From positions 1-53,803 of IMG/VR virus record IMGVR_UViG_3300027976_002493: a DNA stretch of 53,803 nucleotides. The stretch is one strand, 5' to 3'. Below the pieces are notes generated by a model. The model made no database searches and was not told where the DNA came from. It was given only the letters and a program-made list of their open reading frames with translations. The position numbers and the translations under genes were made by a program. Source of the stretch: a virus (lineage: Duplodnaviria; Caudoviricetes). Every line of letters begins with the position of its first letter. Positions within the stretch are counted from its first letter, which is position 1. Shown piece after piece: positions 18,893-28,039 of this stretch.

Positions 18893-19810
18893 ATGAGTTT
18901 TAAAGACAATCAAGAAGCATTAATTGCTACAGCCAGTAAACATTTAGGTAAAGTAGGCGGAGCCGGGTATAGTGACCAGTACGACCCTGGGTTACTAGTA
19001 GCTATTCCTAGAAACCTAAACAGAGAAGGTTACGGAATCGAAGAAGATAAACTTCCTTTCGTAGGAAGCGACGTATGGAATGCATACGAAGTATCAGCCA
19101 TCACACTAAAAGGCAGGCCCGTAGTAGGTATGATGAAAATAGTATACTCTTCTAGTTCACCGTTACACGTAGAGTCAAAGTCTATAAAGCTATACCTAAA
19201 CTCCTTTAATATGACAAGGATGGGAGATACTGCTGTTGAATGTATTAGTAAGTTCGAGGAGAGAGTTGTAAGAGACCTATCGATATGTCTTAAGACAGAA
19301 GTAGAAGTGAAGTTCTTCTTTAACGATCTTAACTTTGAAGGAGATTTCGGAAGAGGTTATACAAACCTCGACCGGGTAGTAGACTTAGATAGCGTAGAAT
19401 TTAACGTATTCAAATCAGATGCAAAACAGTTAAAAAGTCTCGATGAAGAAGTCTCAGACAAGGTAATAAAAATACAATCTAATCTCTTAAGATCTAATTG
19501 TAGAGTGACTAATCAGCCAGATTTTGGAGATGTCTACATCCACATGGAAGGAGTAAAAGAGCCGGATTATGCATCAATTGCAAAGTATATAGTATCACAC
19601 CGTCAAGTCTCCCATTTCCATGAGGAGATCGTAGAGATGGTATTCACACACCTTCATAAAGCATATCAACCGGACAAGTTGATGGTATGTGCATTGTATA
19701 CGAGAAGAGGCGGGTTGGATATTAACCCTATAAGAGCTACGCATCAAGATATGATACCAACAGAATTTGTAGGAGTAGAGTTTAGAAACAAAAAGACTCT
19801 TAGACAGTAA
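18893..19810 (+). CDS. queF: NADPH-dependent preQ0 reductase QueF (two-domain type)
   Basis: VESKSIKLYLNSF QueF motif, LRSNCRVTNQPDFG with catalytic Cys, FHEE, YTRRGGLDINP. Confidence 0.95.
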   Translation: MSFKDNQEALIATASKHLGKVGGAGYSDQYDPGLLVAIPRNLNREGYGIEEDKLPFVGSDVWNAYEVSAITLKGRPVVGMMKIVYSSSSPLHVESKSIKLYLNSFNMTRMGDTAVECISKFEERVVRDLSICLKTEVEVKFFFNDLNFEGDFGRGYTNLDRVVDLDSVEFNVFKSDAKQLKSLDEEVSDKVIKIQSNLLRSNCRVTNQPDFGDVYIHMEGVKEPDYASIAKYIVSHRQVSHFHEEIVEMVFTHLHKAYQPDKLMVCALYTRRGGLDINPIRATHQDMIPTEFVGVEFRNKKTLRQ

Positions 19811-19820
19811 AAACTTTTAG

Positions 19821-19850
19821 TTGCAAAGTCTTAAAATTATTCGTATCTTT
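19821..19850 (+). promoter_or_regulatory. TTG-N20-TATCTTT promoter
   Basis: TTG 19821, ttcgTATCTTT 19844; ATG only 5 nt later, so a near-leaderless mRNA. Confidence 0.75.
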
Positions 19851-19854
19851 AGGT

Positions 19855-20130
19855 ATGGAAGTAAAAGAGAAATACGTTTATGTCCCGAAAGTATATGAAG
19901 CCCGGTCTGTTTACACTTTAGAAATGGAAAACGAAGACGGAACAACAAGTGTATGGAAGTACGACAAGAAGAAGTATCCGTACGGGCCTTACTCTACAAC
20001 TACTAAATACCCACCGGGTTATAAATTTCACCGAGACGTGAAAGTACCAAAATCACAAAGAACATACTTAAATCCAAAAACAGGGAGGGAAGTCTCCTAT
20101 GCACGGGCTAGAAACCTAGGATTAGTATAA
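19855..20130 (+). CDS. Hypothetical basic protein
   Basis: ORF behind its own promoter. Confidence 0.65.
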   Translation: MEVKEKYVYVPKVYEARSVYTLEMENEDGTTSVWKYDKKKYPYGPYSTTTKYPPGYKFHRDVKVPKSQRTYLNPKTGREVSYARARNLGLV

Positions 20131-20140
20131 ATAGAAACAT

Positions 20141-20566
20141 ATGCAGTTAACATTGATAGCTATGCTTGTCATAGCAACGGTTTATTTAGGGTTCTCCCTA
20201 ATCAAAACAAAGAAGTATATACAAGTACAGGAGAGTAACTTTAACATAGAGAGAACCAAAATTCGAAAAGATGCACAATTTAGGTCCTCTGCAGTAAATT
20301 GGGGGCTTACAATAGAGAACTTTGCCCCTTTTCTAGACCAGTTCCCACTTAAACCAGAAGATGTTACCTTCTTAGGGAAACCGATAGACTTCGTAGGGTA
20401 CCAAGACACAGACTCACCTACAGAATGTTCTGTACACTTTGTAGAAGTGAAGAGCGGTAGGTCACAGTTACTTAAGCATCAACGTAATATTAAAAAAGCA
20501 ATCCAAGCAGGTCGAGTACACTGGCATGAAGTCAGAGTTGCAGGAAACACTGAAAGAGTAAGTTAA
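20141..20566 (+). CDS. Membrane-anchored PD-(D/E)xK nuclease related to archaeal Holliday junction resolvase
   Basis: N-terminal TM; E.FAPF, FLGKPIDF, FVEVKSG...L...Q..I. Confidence 0.8.
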   Translation: MQLTLIAMLVIATVYLGFSLIKTKKYIQVQESNFNIERTKIRKDAQFRSSAVNWGLTIENFAPFLDQFPLKPEDVTFLGKPIDFVGYQDTDSPTECSVHFVEVKSGRSQLLKHQRNIKKAIQAGRVHWHEVRVAGNTERVS

Positions 20567-20568
20567 AG

Positions 20569-20793
20569 ATGTTACTAAGAAAACAGAGCATTCGTAGAAT
20601 TCAAGAGGTAACACTAAACGGGAAGGTTACAACGAAAGAAGAGCTAGTAAGTCTAAGTAAATCCTGGGCGGATAAGGAAGTAACCCTCTTTAAGAAAGTA
20701 CTTTCCCAGGGAGGTACCTGTAGAATAAAAGAAGATACGCTTAAGGTAATTAAAGATGATTTGCCAAGACCAATAAGTGATAAAACTTTATAA
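20569..20793 (+). CDS. Hypothetical protein
   Basis: Tightly packed ORF. Confidence 0.6.
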   Translation: MLLRKQSIRRIQEVTLNGKVTTKEELVSLSKSWADKEVTLFKKVLSQGGTCRIKEDTLKVIKDDLPRPISDKTL

Positions 20794-20836
20794 ACGGAGC
20801 AGTTGCTTCTGCAGGTTTTTTTTCGTATTATAAGTT

Positions 20837-21064
20837 ATGAATATACGAAACATGTACGATTCTCTAACCTACGACGATGTAGAGAATTTGTTGGAGATCT
20901 TAAGACAGGAAGGGCATATCCCGGAAAGGGAAACTAGAAAGACACATCTTAACGTATTTGACGGAGAATGGTTAACTGCATTAGATAAACTTTACCCGGT
21001 AAGGATACAAGTATCAACAGAAGACGAGGAAGAAATTAAAAGAATAGCAGCAAAATACTCTTAA
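20837..21064 (+). CDS. Hypothetical protein
   Basis: ORF behind TTG(20803)-N20-TATTAT promoter. Confidence 0.65.
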   Translation: MNIRNMYDSLTYDDVENLLEILRQEGHIPERETRKTHLNVFDGEWLTALDKLYPVRIQVSTEDEEEIKRIAAKYS

Positions 21065-21083
21065 ACCTACCTAGCAAAAAAAA

Positions 21084-21992
21084 ATGCAATTAGAAATGAA
21101 TTTTAACAAAGAAAAACACGTAGTACTATCACTTTCAGGTGGTTTGGATTCAAGTACATTATTACTAAGATGCTTGAAAGAGTATGACAGCGTAACTGCT
21201 ATATCATTTGATTATGGTCAAAAACATAGGGTTGAATTAGATAGAGCTCAATCGTTAGTTGATTATATTAACAATGGGGTTGTAGATAACAGAGGTGCTA
21301 ATCCTTACCCTAACATTAAATACAAACAAATTAAATTAGATGGTTTAGCAGAACTACTTAACTCCACATTAGTAACAGGAGGAGAGGATGTACCTGAAGG
21401 ACATTATAAAGGAGATAACATGAAAGCAACAGTTGTGCCAAATAGAAATAAAATATTCTCATCCATAACTCAAGCAATAGCATTATCAGTAGTAGGTAAG
21501 ACAGGTGGAACTTGTGATATCGCTTTAGGTATCCACGCAGGTGACCATGACATATACCCGGACTGTAGGCAAGATTTCAGAGACGCTGATGTGAAAGCAT
21601 TTAGAGTAGGTAATTGGGATTCGGAGAAAGTAGGATTTTACACACCCTATCTTGAGGGAGATAAATTCACAATTTTACAAGATGGAGAAGTGCTATGTAA
21701 GGAATTAGGATTAGATTTTGATGAAGTTTATAAAAGAACAATGACATCTTACAAGCCTATATGCATACCGGAAAAACCCTCGAACTTACTAGATGAATTA
21801 GTTTGGAGAAACAATCACGAATGGTTCTCAGACCATAAATCTGCAAGCTCAGTTGAAAGGATAGAAGCTTTTATAAAACTAGGTAGGAAAGACCCAGCAC
21901 CTTATGCAGATGAATCCGGTGAAGTGGATTGGGAATACGTAGAAGCAGAAACCCGAAAAACAATCAACGATTTCCACGCTAAACAAAATTAG
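21084..21992 (+). CDS. queC: 7-cyano-7-deazaguanine synthase QueC
   Basis: SGGLDS PP-loop, FDYGQKH..E, TVVPNRN, YPDCR. Confidence 0.95.
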   Translation: MQLEMNFNKEKHVVLSLSGGLDSSTLLLRCLKEYDSVTAISFDYGQKHRVELDRAQSLVDYINNGVVDNRGANPYPNIKYKQIKLDGLAELLNSTLVTGGEDVPEGHYKGDNMKATVVPNRNKIFSSITQAIALSVVGKTGGTCDIALGIHAGDHDIYPDCRQDFRDADVKAFRVGNWDSEKVGFYTPYLEGDKFTILQDGEVLCKELGLDFDEVYKRTMTSYKPICIPEKPSNLLDELVWRNNHEWFSDHKSASSVERIEAFIKLGRKDPAPYADESGEVDWEYVEAETRKTINDFHAKQN

Positions 21993-22008
21993 TTAAGTAT
22001 AGAGTAAT

Positions 22009-22278
22009 ATGAGCGATAGAGAAATAATGAATAGTAAGAGTTATACCTTAGGCGGTAAAGAGGTGAAATCCACAATAAAACGACACACCCGGACCTCTCC
22101 GGGAATTGAACCGGTAGAAGAACAAACTCTACCGAATGCTAGGAAACATCAAATCATATCATTTATAAAATCGGGAATTAGAATTATAGGTTATGGTTTT
22201 ATAGTAACAGACCCGACAGTAGCAATTGTTATTTTAGTGATAAGTGAAGCAGTAGGGGTAATAGAGGAGTTAGTATAA
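22009..22278 (+). CDS. Small membrane protein
   Basis: Hydrophobic C-terminus ending EAVGVIEELV. Confidence 0.65.
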   Translation: MSDREIMNSKSYTLGGKEVKSTIKRHTRTSPGIEPVEEQTLPNARKHQIISFIKSGIRIIGYGFIVTDPTVAIVILVISEAVGVIEELV

Positions 22279-22281
22279 GCT

Positions 22282-22533
22282 ATGAAAAGACTAATATACA
22301 TATCAACTAGTAGCTGTGAACCCTGCAAAGCCTTCGCACCGGTAATGACAAAAGCAGCAGAGTCCGGCATACCGGTAATAAAAGTAAATGCCGACATACA
22401 AAAAACAGTGTTGTCTGAATACCAGGTAAGAAGTGTGCCAACAGTAGTGAAGGTGGACTCATTAGGCACTATGTTGGATAAGTTTGTAGGAGTAAGGACA
22501 CTCCAAGAGGTTATCAACTTCTATAATGCATAA
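22282..22533 (+). CDS. Thioredoxin
   Basis: CEPC active site, VRSVPT cis-Pro motif. Confidence 0.85.
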   Translation: MKRLIYISTSSCEPCKAFAPVMTKAAESGIPVIKVNADIQKTVLSEYQVRSVPTVVKVDSLGTMLDKFVGVRTLQEVINFYNA

Positions 22534-22562
22534 TGATAAGCTCTAGAGTATAGGCTAGGTAA

Positions 22563-22709
22563 ATGGGAGAGGAAGATGATTGGGAAATGTCCGAACCTAA
22601 AGACGGTTTCACAGAAGAAGAAGAGAGGATCGTATATAAGATGATGCAGAATATGCCAGTAGAGGATTTAAAAAAGATAATCAAAAATAACAAAGCAAAG
22701 AAGGTATGA
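22563..22709 (+). CDS. Small hypothetical protein (48 aa, not in ORF track)
   Basis: MGEEDDWEMSEP...; stop overlaps the queE start (ATGA). Confidence 0.5.
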   Translation: MGEEDDWEMSEPKDGFTEEEERIVYKMMQNMPVEDLKKIIKNNKAKKV

Positions 22710-23542
22710 AAATAAATTTAGTAGAGAATGGGATTTTCCCAATTAAAGGACAATTAACAAAAGATTCTACCGGCTATTCCGTACCGGGTACCTTCCAAGG
22801 AGAAGGTAAACTTACAGGAACCCCTTGCCTATTTGTAAGAACCTCAGGATGTAACTTAAGATGTTCTTGGGTTGGTCTAGATGGGAACGGCTCTCCTTGT
22901 GATACACCTTACTCCTCTCATAACCCAGAAAAGAATAAGATGGAGATTGATGACATAGTAAAAACTGTAATTGATAATACTTCAGAACAGAATATTAGGT
23001 ATGTTGTAGTTAGTGGAGGAGAGCCAACAATACAACATAAGGGTTTAGCAGAACTATTGCAAAAATTAAGAGCCCTAGGTTTACATACAACTATAGAAAC
23101 TAATGCTACTATCTATACAGATGAAATAGCTAAACACACTAGTCTAGTTTCAATGTCACCTAAACTCTCAAGTTCAACACCTTGGGTTAAAAATTTAAAA
23201 AATACAGGTATTGAGTATAATTTAAAATGGGCGGATAAGCACGAACTAACTAGGATTAATATAGAAGCAATGCAAAGCTATATTGACGCTAAAAAGATAT
23301 ATGGGAATGATTTTCAACTAAAATTCGTAGTTTTAGGTGATGATGATGTTGTAGAAATTGAAGAAATACTTACACAGCTAACAGGATGGGACCCTTCAGA
23401 CATATGCCTAATGCCAGAAGGTGTTGATGTAGATACACTGAATGAGAGAACTAAATGGGCTAGTGAAGAGGCTCTTAAAAGAGGGTGGAGGTTTACTCCG
23501 AGACTGCATATCATGATGTTCGGTAAAAATCGACTAGTTTAA
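22706..23542 (+). CDS. queE: 7-carboxy-7-deazaguanine synthase QueE (radical SAM)
   Basis: TFQGEG, FVRTSGCNLRC...CDTPYS, SGGEP, IETN, SMSPK, PRLH. Confidence 0.93.
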   Translation: MKINLVENGIFPIKGQLTKDSTGYSVPGTFQGEGKLTGTPCLFVRTSGCNLRCSWVGLDGNGSPCDTPYSSHNPEKNKMEIDDIVKTVIDNTSEQNIRYVVVSGGEPTIQHKGLAELLQKLRALGLHTTIETNATIYTDEIAKHTSLVSMSPKLSSSTPWVKNLKNTGIEYNLKWADKHELTRINIEAMQSYIDAKKIYGNDFQLKFVVLGDDDVVEIEEILTQLTGWDPSDICLMPEGVDVDTLNERTKWASEEALKRGWRFTPRLHIMMFGKNRLV

Positions 23543-23566
23543 GTATTATGGAAGATTCACATAATA

Positions 23567-23722
23567 ATGAGTAAAGCACTTGAATTACTATCAGAGATAA
23601 GGGAAAACATAAACACCTGCTGCGCTATAACAATGGAACCAGAAGAAGTACTAACACTCATAGATGAGCTACAAGCTATACTAGAAACGAAAGAAAATCC
23701 GGAAACAAAATGCAAGAGTTGA
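23567..23722 (+). CDS. Small hypothetical protein (51 aa, not in ORF track)
   Basis: MSKALELLSEIRENINTCCAITM...; fills the gap between queE and the PRTase. Confidence 0.5.
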   Translation: MSKALELLSEIRENINTCCAITMEPEEVLTLIDELQAILETKENPETKCKS

Positions 23723-24240
23723 TTAAGCGAAAGGATATAGACCTTAAAACTAAAATACTCGCTAAACAAATAGCAGACGAACATAGGGGTGATAAAACAC
23801 CAGTCGTGATGGTCGGCCTACTCAACGGATGCTTTATGTTTTACTCAGACCTTGTACGTGCAATGGATATCGATATTGAATGTGACTTCATGAGAGTTAA
23901 GTCCTATGTAAGTAAGCGGAAACAGGGGGATATCCAAATTACGAAAGATTTAGAGACTGCAGTAAAGGGTAAACACATATACCTTGTAGATGATATCTAC
24001 GACACGGGCAATACTATGAAAGCAGTATCAGAGTACCTACAAGTTAAAAAACCAGCATCCATAAACATCGTAACGTTAGTTAAGAGGTTGAAAAGTGAAT
24101 GGGACCCGCTCAACACAGAAACAAGCTCTATTAGAAATTTTACCTGGGGATTTACTATTAAAGATGAGTGGATTGTAGGAATGGGATGTGATGATGAACA
24201 TGGACACAGTCGAAACCTCTCCTCTATATTTTCACTATAA
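23710..24240 (+). CDS. hpt: Purine phosphoribosyltransferase (HPRT family)
   Basis: GLLNGCFMFYSDL, SY loop, PRPP motif YLVDDIYDTGNT, WIVGMGCD...RNL. Confidence 0.88.
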   Translation: MQELIKRKDIDLKTKILAKQIADEHRGDKTPVVMVGLLNGCFMFYSDLVRAMDIDIECDFMRVKSYVSKRKQGDIQITKDLETAVKGKHIYLVDDIYDTGNTMKAVSEYLQVKKPASINIVTLVKRLKSEWDPLNTETSSIRNFTWGFTIKDEWIVGMGCDDEHGHSRNLSSIFSL

Positions 24241-24276
24241 GTAGCACCCTCGAGAAAGTTTCATTATATTACAGTT

Positions 24277-24786
24277 ATGATATTAAATAGCAGGCAGATT
24301 ATAGAGAAGGGAATAATTATCCCCTCCGAACATTCAAAAGAAGCTCAAGTAGGTATTGACTTAAGTCTAGGAAAGGTCGAAAAAATTACCGGAGGGTCAG
24401 TAGTTTATAAAGAGACAACAATAATTAACCCAGACTTCTTTATAAATGTAGAGACTTCAAAAGTAGACGGTAGAGACTGCTGGATACTAGAACCAGGAAC
24501 ATATGCAATATCCTTTAACGAAGGGTGTAATATTCCGGAAAACTATACCGGTCTTATACTACATAGAAGCTCTCTATATAGAACAGGTACGCAAATAATA
24601 TCTCCTGTATGGGATCCCGGTTACCGCACAGAGAAAATGGGCACAGTAATGGTGGTAACAGTAAAGCTTATTGTTGAACGAAACGCCCGAGTATGTCAAA
24701 TACTCTTTCATGAAAATTACCCAGTAGATGCACTATACGACGGACAGTTCCAAGGAGGTATAACAGGTTTCCAGAAAACTGAATGA
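24277..24786 (+). CDS. Trimeric dUTPase / dCTP deaminase family protein
   Basis: GIDL, HRSSL.R.G, VWDPGY, RVCQ, YDGQFQ. Confidence 0.85.
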   Translation: MILNSRQIIEKGIIIPSEHSKEAQVGIDLSLGKVEKITGGSVVYKETTIINPDFFINVETSKVDGRDCWILEPGTYAISFNEGCNIPENYTGLILHRSSLYRTGTQIISPVWDPGYRTEKMGTVMVVTVKLIVERNARVCQILFHENYPVDALYDGQFQGGITGFQKTE

Positions 24787-24791
24787 CCTTC

Positions 24792-24799
24792 TATTTATA
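24792..24799 (+). promoter_or_regulatory. Putative late promoter TATTTATA
   Basis: Same octamer just upstream of five ORFs. Confidence 0.55.
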
Positions 24800-24805
24800 A
24801 ACGGA

Positions 24806-24982
24806 ATGAAAAGAGCAGAATTTAAAAAGTTAATCAAGCAAGGGTTAAGTGAGATTAAGAAGCTAAAGGCTATAGAAACTAAACACGTCGTAGCTGAATC
24901 AAAGACAAAACCGGTTTATAAGGGAGCGAAAGCTATCATTGCGGAGGCAGATTTAATCGTAGAGACGTACAAGAAGAATTAA
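24806..24982 (+). CDS. Small basic protein (58 aa, not in ORF track), possible head-internal protein
   Basis: MKRAEFKKLIKQGLSE...; preceded by TATTTATA, followed by a terminator. Confidence 0.6.
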   Translation: MKRAEFKKLIKQGLSEIKKLKAIETKHVVAESKTKPVYKGAKAIIAEADLIVETYKKN

Positions 24983-25006
24983 TAAACTCTAAACTTACGA
25001 GAGAAT

Positions 25007-25031
25007 AAGCTTGCTTCGGCAGGCTTTTTTT
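25007..25031 (+). terminator. Intrinsic terminator with C(UUCG)G loop overlapping the polA promoter
   Basis: aagcttgc-ttcg-gcaggctt plus T-run; TTG 25011 lies 20 nt before TATCTTT 25034. Confidence 0.8.
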
Positions 25032-25047
25032 CGTATCTTTAAAGTCA

Positions 25048-27387
25048 ATGGTAAAGGTTATACAAAAAGAATATATTAACGTCAGGACACGAGAGGAACT
25101 GCTAGTACTCTGGAAGGAATTAGAAAGTCATGATAAGATCGCAATAGATACTGAGACTACCTCATTAAACACTCGGAAGGGTGAGATAATAGGTGTTTCC
25201 TTCTCTACAGAAGAAGGTAACGGTTGGTATGTACCTTCTAGGGTATGGAATAAAGAGACGGAGACGTTAGATGAGGTATTTATAGATGGAGTAGGTGTAG
25301 ACAGTATAACGGTTAAGTTACTAAAGACTTTAAAAGGTAAGAAGTTAATCGGACACAATCTTGCATTTGATTGCAAATTCATTATGTATTTCTACGGTGT
25401 TAACTTAATACCGGATATATGGGTAGACACAGCACTACTAGTACACACAGTAAAAGAAGAAGGGGCCTTTGGTTATGGAAATCCTTTCGGGTTGAAATCG
25501 ATAGCAATAATGATTCAAGATGAAATCGGATTAGATATAAAAGAATCAGCAAATCAGGAACAGTTAGAACTTAAAGCCTCCATTAAGGAGAACGGTGGAG
25601 TTACTACAAGAGTAAACTATGAAATCTACAAAGCAGATATAGGTGTATTATCAAAATACGCAGCAGCGGATACTGATCTAACTCTAAGAGTATGTAACCA
25701 CTTCCTAAAAGTACTAAAAGAGGAGAGGTTAGAGAAGTTTTTCTTTGAGGATGAGGTAATGCCCCTGTATAGAGAAGTAACTATACCTATGGAGATAGAA
25801 GGTATAGCATTAGATATACCACTTATAGAACAAACCAGGGAAGATATAACTAAAGATCAAACTAAATACAGAAGTTCAGTAATGACAGAACTACTAAAGC
25901 TAAGCGCAGTTAAGGAGTGGGTAATGGACTCAGCCTTAAAAGCTTTCCCACCCTCACCGAGAGGTAAATGGGCATCAACTTTAGTAGAACTGTACGGACT
26001 TCCAATGCCTAAAACTGCTAGAGGTTATTCGCTCAAACAATCTAACGTTGAAGCATTAGAAGAGCACCCGGTCCGGGAATACTTACTGAGTGGAGATTTA
26101 GAGCATTTAGAAGAGGAAGTCGTACTTAGAGTCTCGATGAAACTTTGGAAGGAGTCTAACGACGGGGTGTTGATTAATATACAATCTAAAAAGCAATTAG
26201 CAGAAATAACGTTCAACTACTTAAAAGAGAAGCCTCTGTCAAGAACTGCAAAAGGACAAGCACAGTTTGACGATAATACAATTCAGGCATTATCCGACAA
26301 GTATGAATGGTTACAGAATCTACGACTATACAATAAACTACTCAAGATTAAATCAACCTATATAGATAGATTTTACGCTGCTGCAGAAGATGGGAGGTTC
26401 TACCCATACTTTAAACAACACGGAACTGTGTCCGGAAGGTATGGATCTGACCTACAACAACTACCTAAACCGAAAGAAGAGGGAGAGGCAGATCCAATAA
26501 TCGTAAAGTATACAAATACAATTAGATCTTTCTTTATTTCAGATCCCGGCACTATCTTCATCGATAGCGACTACACTTCCTTAGAGCCCCATCTATTCGC
26601 ATCAGTATCAGATGATAAAGCACTGCAGGAGATTTTTAATAAGGAGCATGACTTCTACTCTACCGTAGCAATACGAACCGAGAAGTTAAACGAACAGACA
26701 GAAAAGTACCCTAATGGAGTATCTGCCGATACCAAAGCACCTAACTACCTTAAGAACTTAGATGCACCTAAGAGAAACACAGCTAAAGGGTATTCATTAG
26801 GTATAGCATACGGAATGTCTGCATATGCCTTAGCAATGTCCCTTGGAGTATCTCAGGCAGAGGGTAAGAGGTTACATCAAGGTTATCTTGATGGATTCCC
26901 CGGAGTTGCTAAATGGATCAATGATTCGAGAGATTCCTTCAAAAGAGACGGTTACATCAGGAACGAAGTAGGGCGTATCAGACATTTAGAGAAAGGTAAA
27001 GCAGTTTACGATATATTCGGAGAGTCTATTATGGATTGGAAGGTACGAGGGGACTTAGGTAGAGACTACGGAAAAGAACAAGTACTACAATGGTACAGGG
27101 ATTATAAGAACGCTTTAAACAATTCGCTTAACTTCCAGTTGCAGAGTCTCGCAGCATCTGTAGTAAATAGAGCAGCTCTAGTAATTAATAGAAGGTTTAA
27201 AGAGTTAGGAATAGACGGAGTAGTAGTAGCACAGATACACGATCAGTTGATAATGCGAGTACCGGAGGATAAAGCAGAAGAATGCTTACCGTGGATCCAG
27301 GACCTAATGGAGAATACTACGCAGATGAAAGGTGTAACATTAAAAGCACCTCCAGCCATAGGAAGGAATTTTTCTGAAGCCCATTAG
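25048..27387 (+). CDS. polA: Family A DNA polymerase with 3'-5' exonuclease domain
   Basis: ExoI IDTET, ExoII HNLAFD, ExoIII YAAAD; GTVSGR; motif A DYTSLE; motif B RNTAKGYSLGIAYG; motif C QIHD. Confidence 0.95.
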   Translation: MVKVIQKEYINVRTREELLVLWKELESHDKIAIDTETTSLNTRKGEIIGVSFSTEEGNGWYVPSRVWNKETETLDEVFIDGVGVDSITVKLLKTLKGKKLIGHNLAFDCKFIMYFYGVNLIPDIWVDTALLVHTVKEEGAFGYGNPFGLKSIAIMIQDEIGLDIKESANQEQLELKASIKENGGVTTRVNYEIYKADIGVLSKYAAADTDLTLRVCNHFLKVLKEERLEKFFFEDEVMPLYREVTIPMEIEGIALDIPLIEQTREDITKDQTKYRSSVMTELLKLSAVKEWVMDSALKAFPPSPRGKWASTLVELYGLPMPKTARGYSLKQSNVEALEEHPVREYLLSGDLEHLEEEVVLRVSMKLWKESNDGVLINIQSKKQLAEITFNYLKEKPLSRTAKGQAQFDDNTIQALSDKYEWLQNLRLYNKLLKIKSTYIDRFYAAAEDGRFYPYFKQHGTVSGRYGSDLQQLPKPKEEGEADPIIVKYTNTIRSFFISDPGTIFIDSDYTSLEPHLFASVSDDKALQEIFNKEHDFYSTVAIRTEKLNEQTEKYPNGVSADTKAPNYLKNLDAPKRNTAKGYSLGIAYGMSAYALAMSLGVSQAEGKRLHQGYLDGFPGVAKWINDSRDSFKRDGYIRNEVGRIRHLEKGKAVYDIFGESIMDWKVRGDLGRDYGKEQVLQWYRDYKNALNNSLNFQLQSLAASVVNRAALVINRRFKELGIDGVVVAQIHDQLIMRVPEDKAEECLPWIQDLMENTTQMKGVTLKAPPAIGRNFSEAH

Positions 27388-27455
27388 TGAGGTAGGTACT
27401 TAAAACTAACAACTTAAGTTGGATAATAGTTAAAGAAGTATTATATTAAAGGTAT

Positions 27456-27740
27456 ATGAATAAGATAGTAGATACTAATATTAAGGTTTTAACAGACCCT
27501 AGGTTACATCCGTATAGCTTGCAGATGGATCAATACTGTTATGCAGTGTTTAAAGAGGTGAAAGCTAGAGGGACAGGTAAGAGCCGGAAAGTTTCCCTAG
27601 GGTATACTACGGATATAGAAAAATGCTTTCAGATGATAAAACAAGACGCAATCAGAGATAAAGACTATAACAACTTACATGAATATATAGACGAAATGAC
27701 AATAATAATAGACAACTTAAATTCAATACAATTAACATGA
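27456..27740 (+). CDS. Hypothetical protein
   Basis: ORF behind TTG(27419)-N20-TATATT promoter, coupled to groES. Confidence 0.65.
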   Translation: MNKIVDTNIKVLTDPRLHPYSLQMDQYCYAVFKEVKARGTGKSRKVSLGYTTDIEKCFQMIKQDAIRDKDYNNLHEYIDEMTIIIDNLNSIQLT

Positions 27741-28036
27741 GATTAAAAGCAATTTACAATGCAGTTATCGTTAAACCTATAGAGATAGGTGATGAGTACC
27801 ACGGAAACATTATCATACCAGACTTAGGCAGCGAAAAAAATAAGATGGGAGAAGTAACAAGTGTAGGAGATGGGCATAATATGCCAGGTGTAGGTTTTAT
27901 ACCTACCTTCCTAAAAGTAGGAGATCGAGTAGTACTACCTGCAATGGGATTCACTAGGTTTGAATTCAAAGGTGAAGAGTACTTCATAGGAGCAGAAAAC
28001 CAAATACTAGCCCTCTTAGAGGATCAAGAAGACTAA
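27737..28036 (+). CDS. groES: Co-chaperonin GroES
   Basis: GNIIIPD mobile loop, G.V.SVG.G, LKVGDRV, E..ILA. Confidence 0.92.
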   Translation: MRLKAIYNAVIVKPIEIGDEYHGNIIIPDLGSEKNKMGEVTSVGDGHNMPGVGFIPTFLKVGDRVVLPAMGFTRFEFKGEEYFIGAENQILALLEDQED

Positions 28037-28039
28037 ATC

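Noticed and set aside
12084-27387. Inteins or introns in RNR, helicase or polA
   Set aside because: Protein lengths are normal, frames are uninterrupted, and no splicing or homing-endonuclease motifs were seen.
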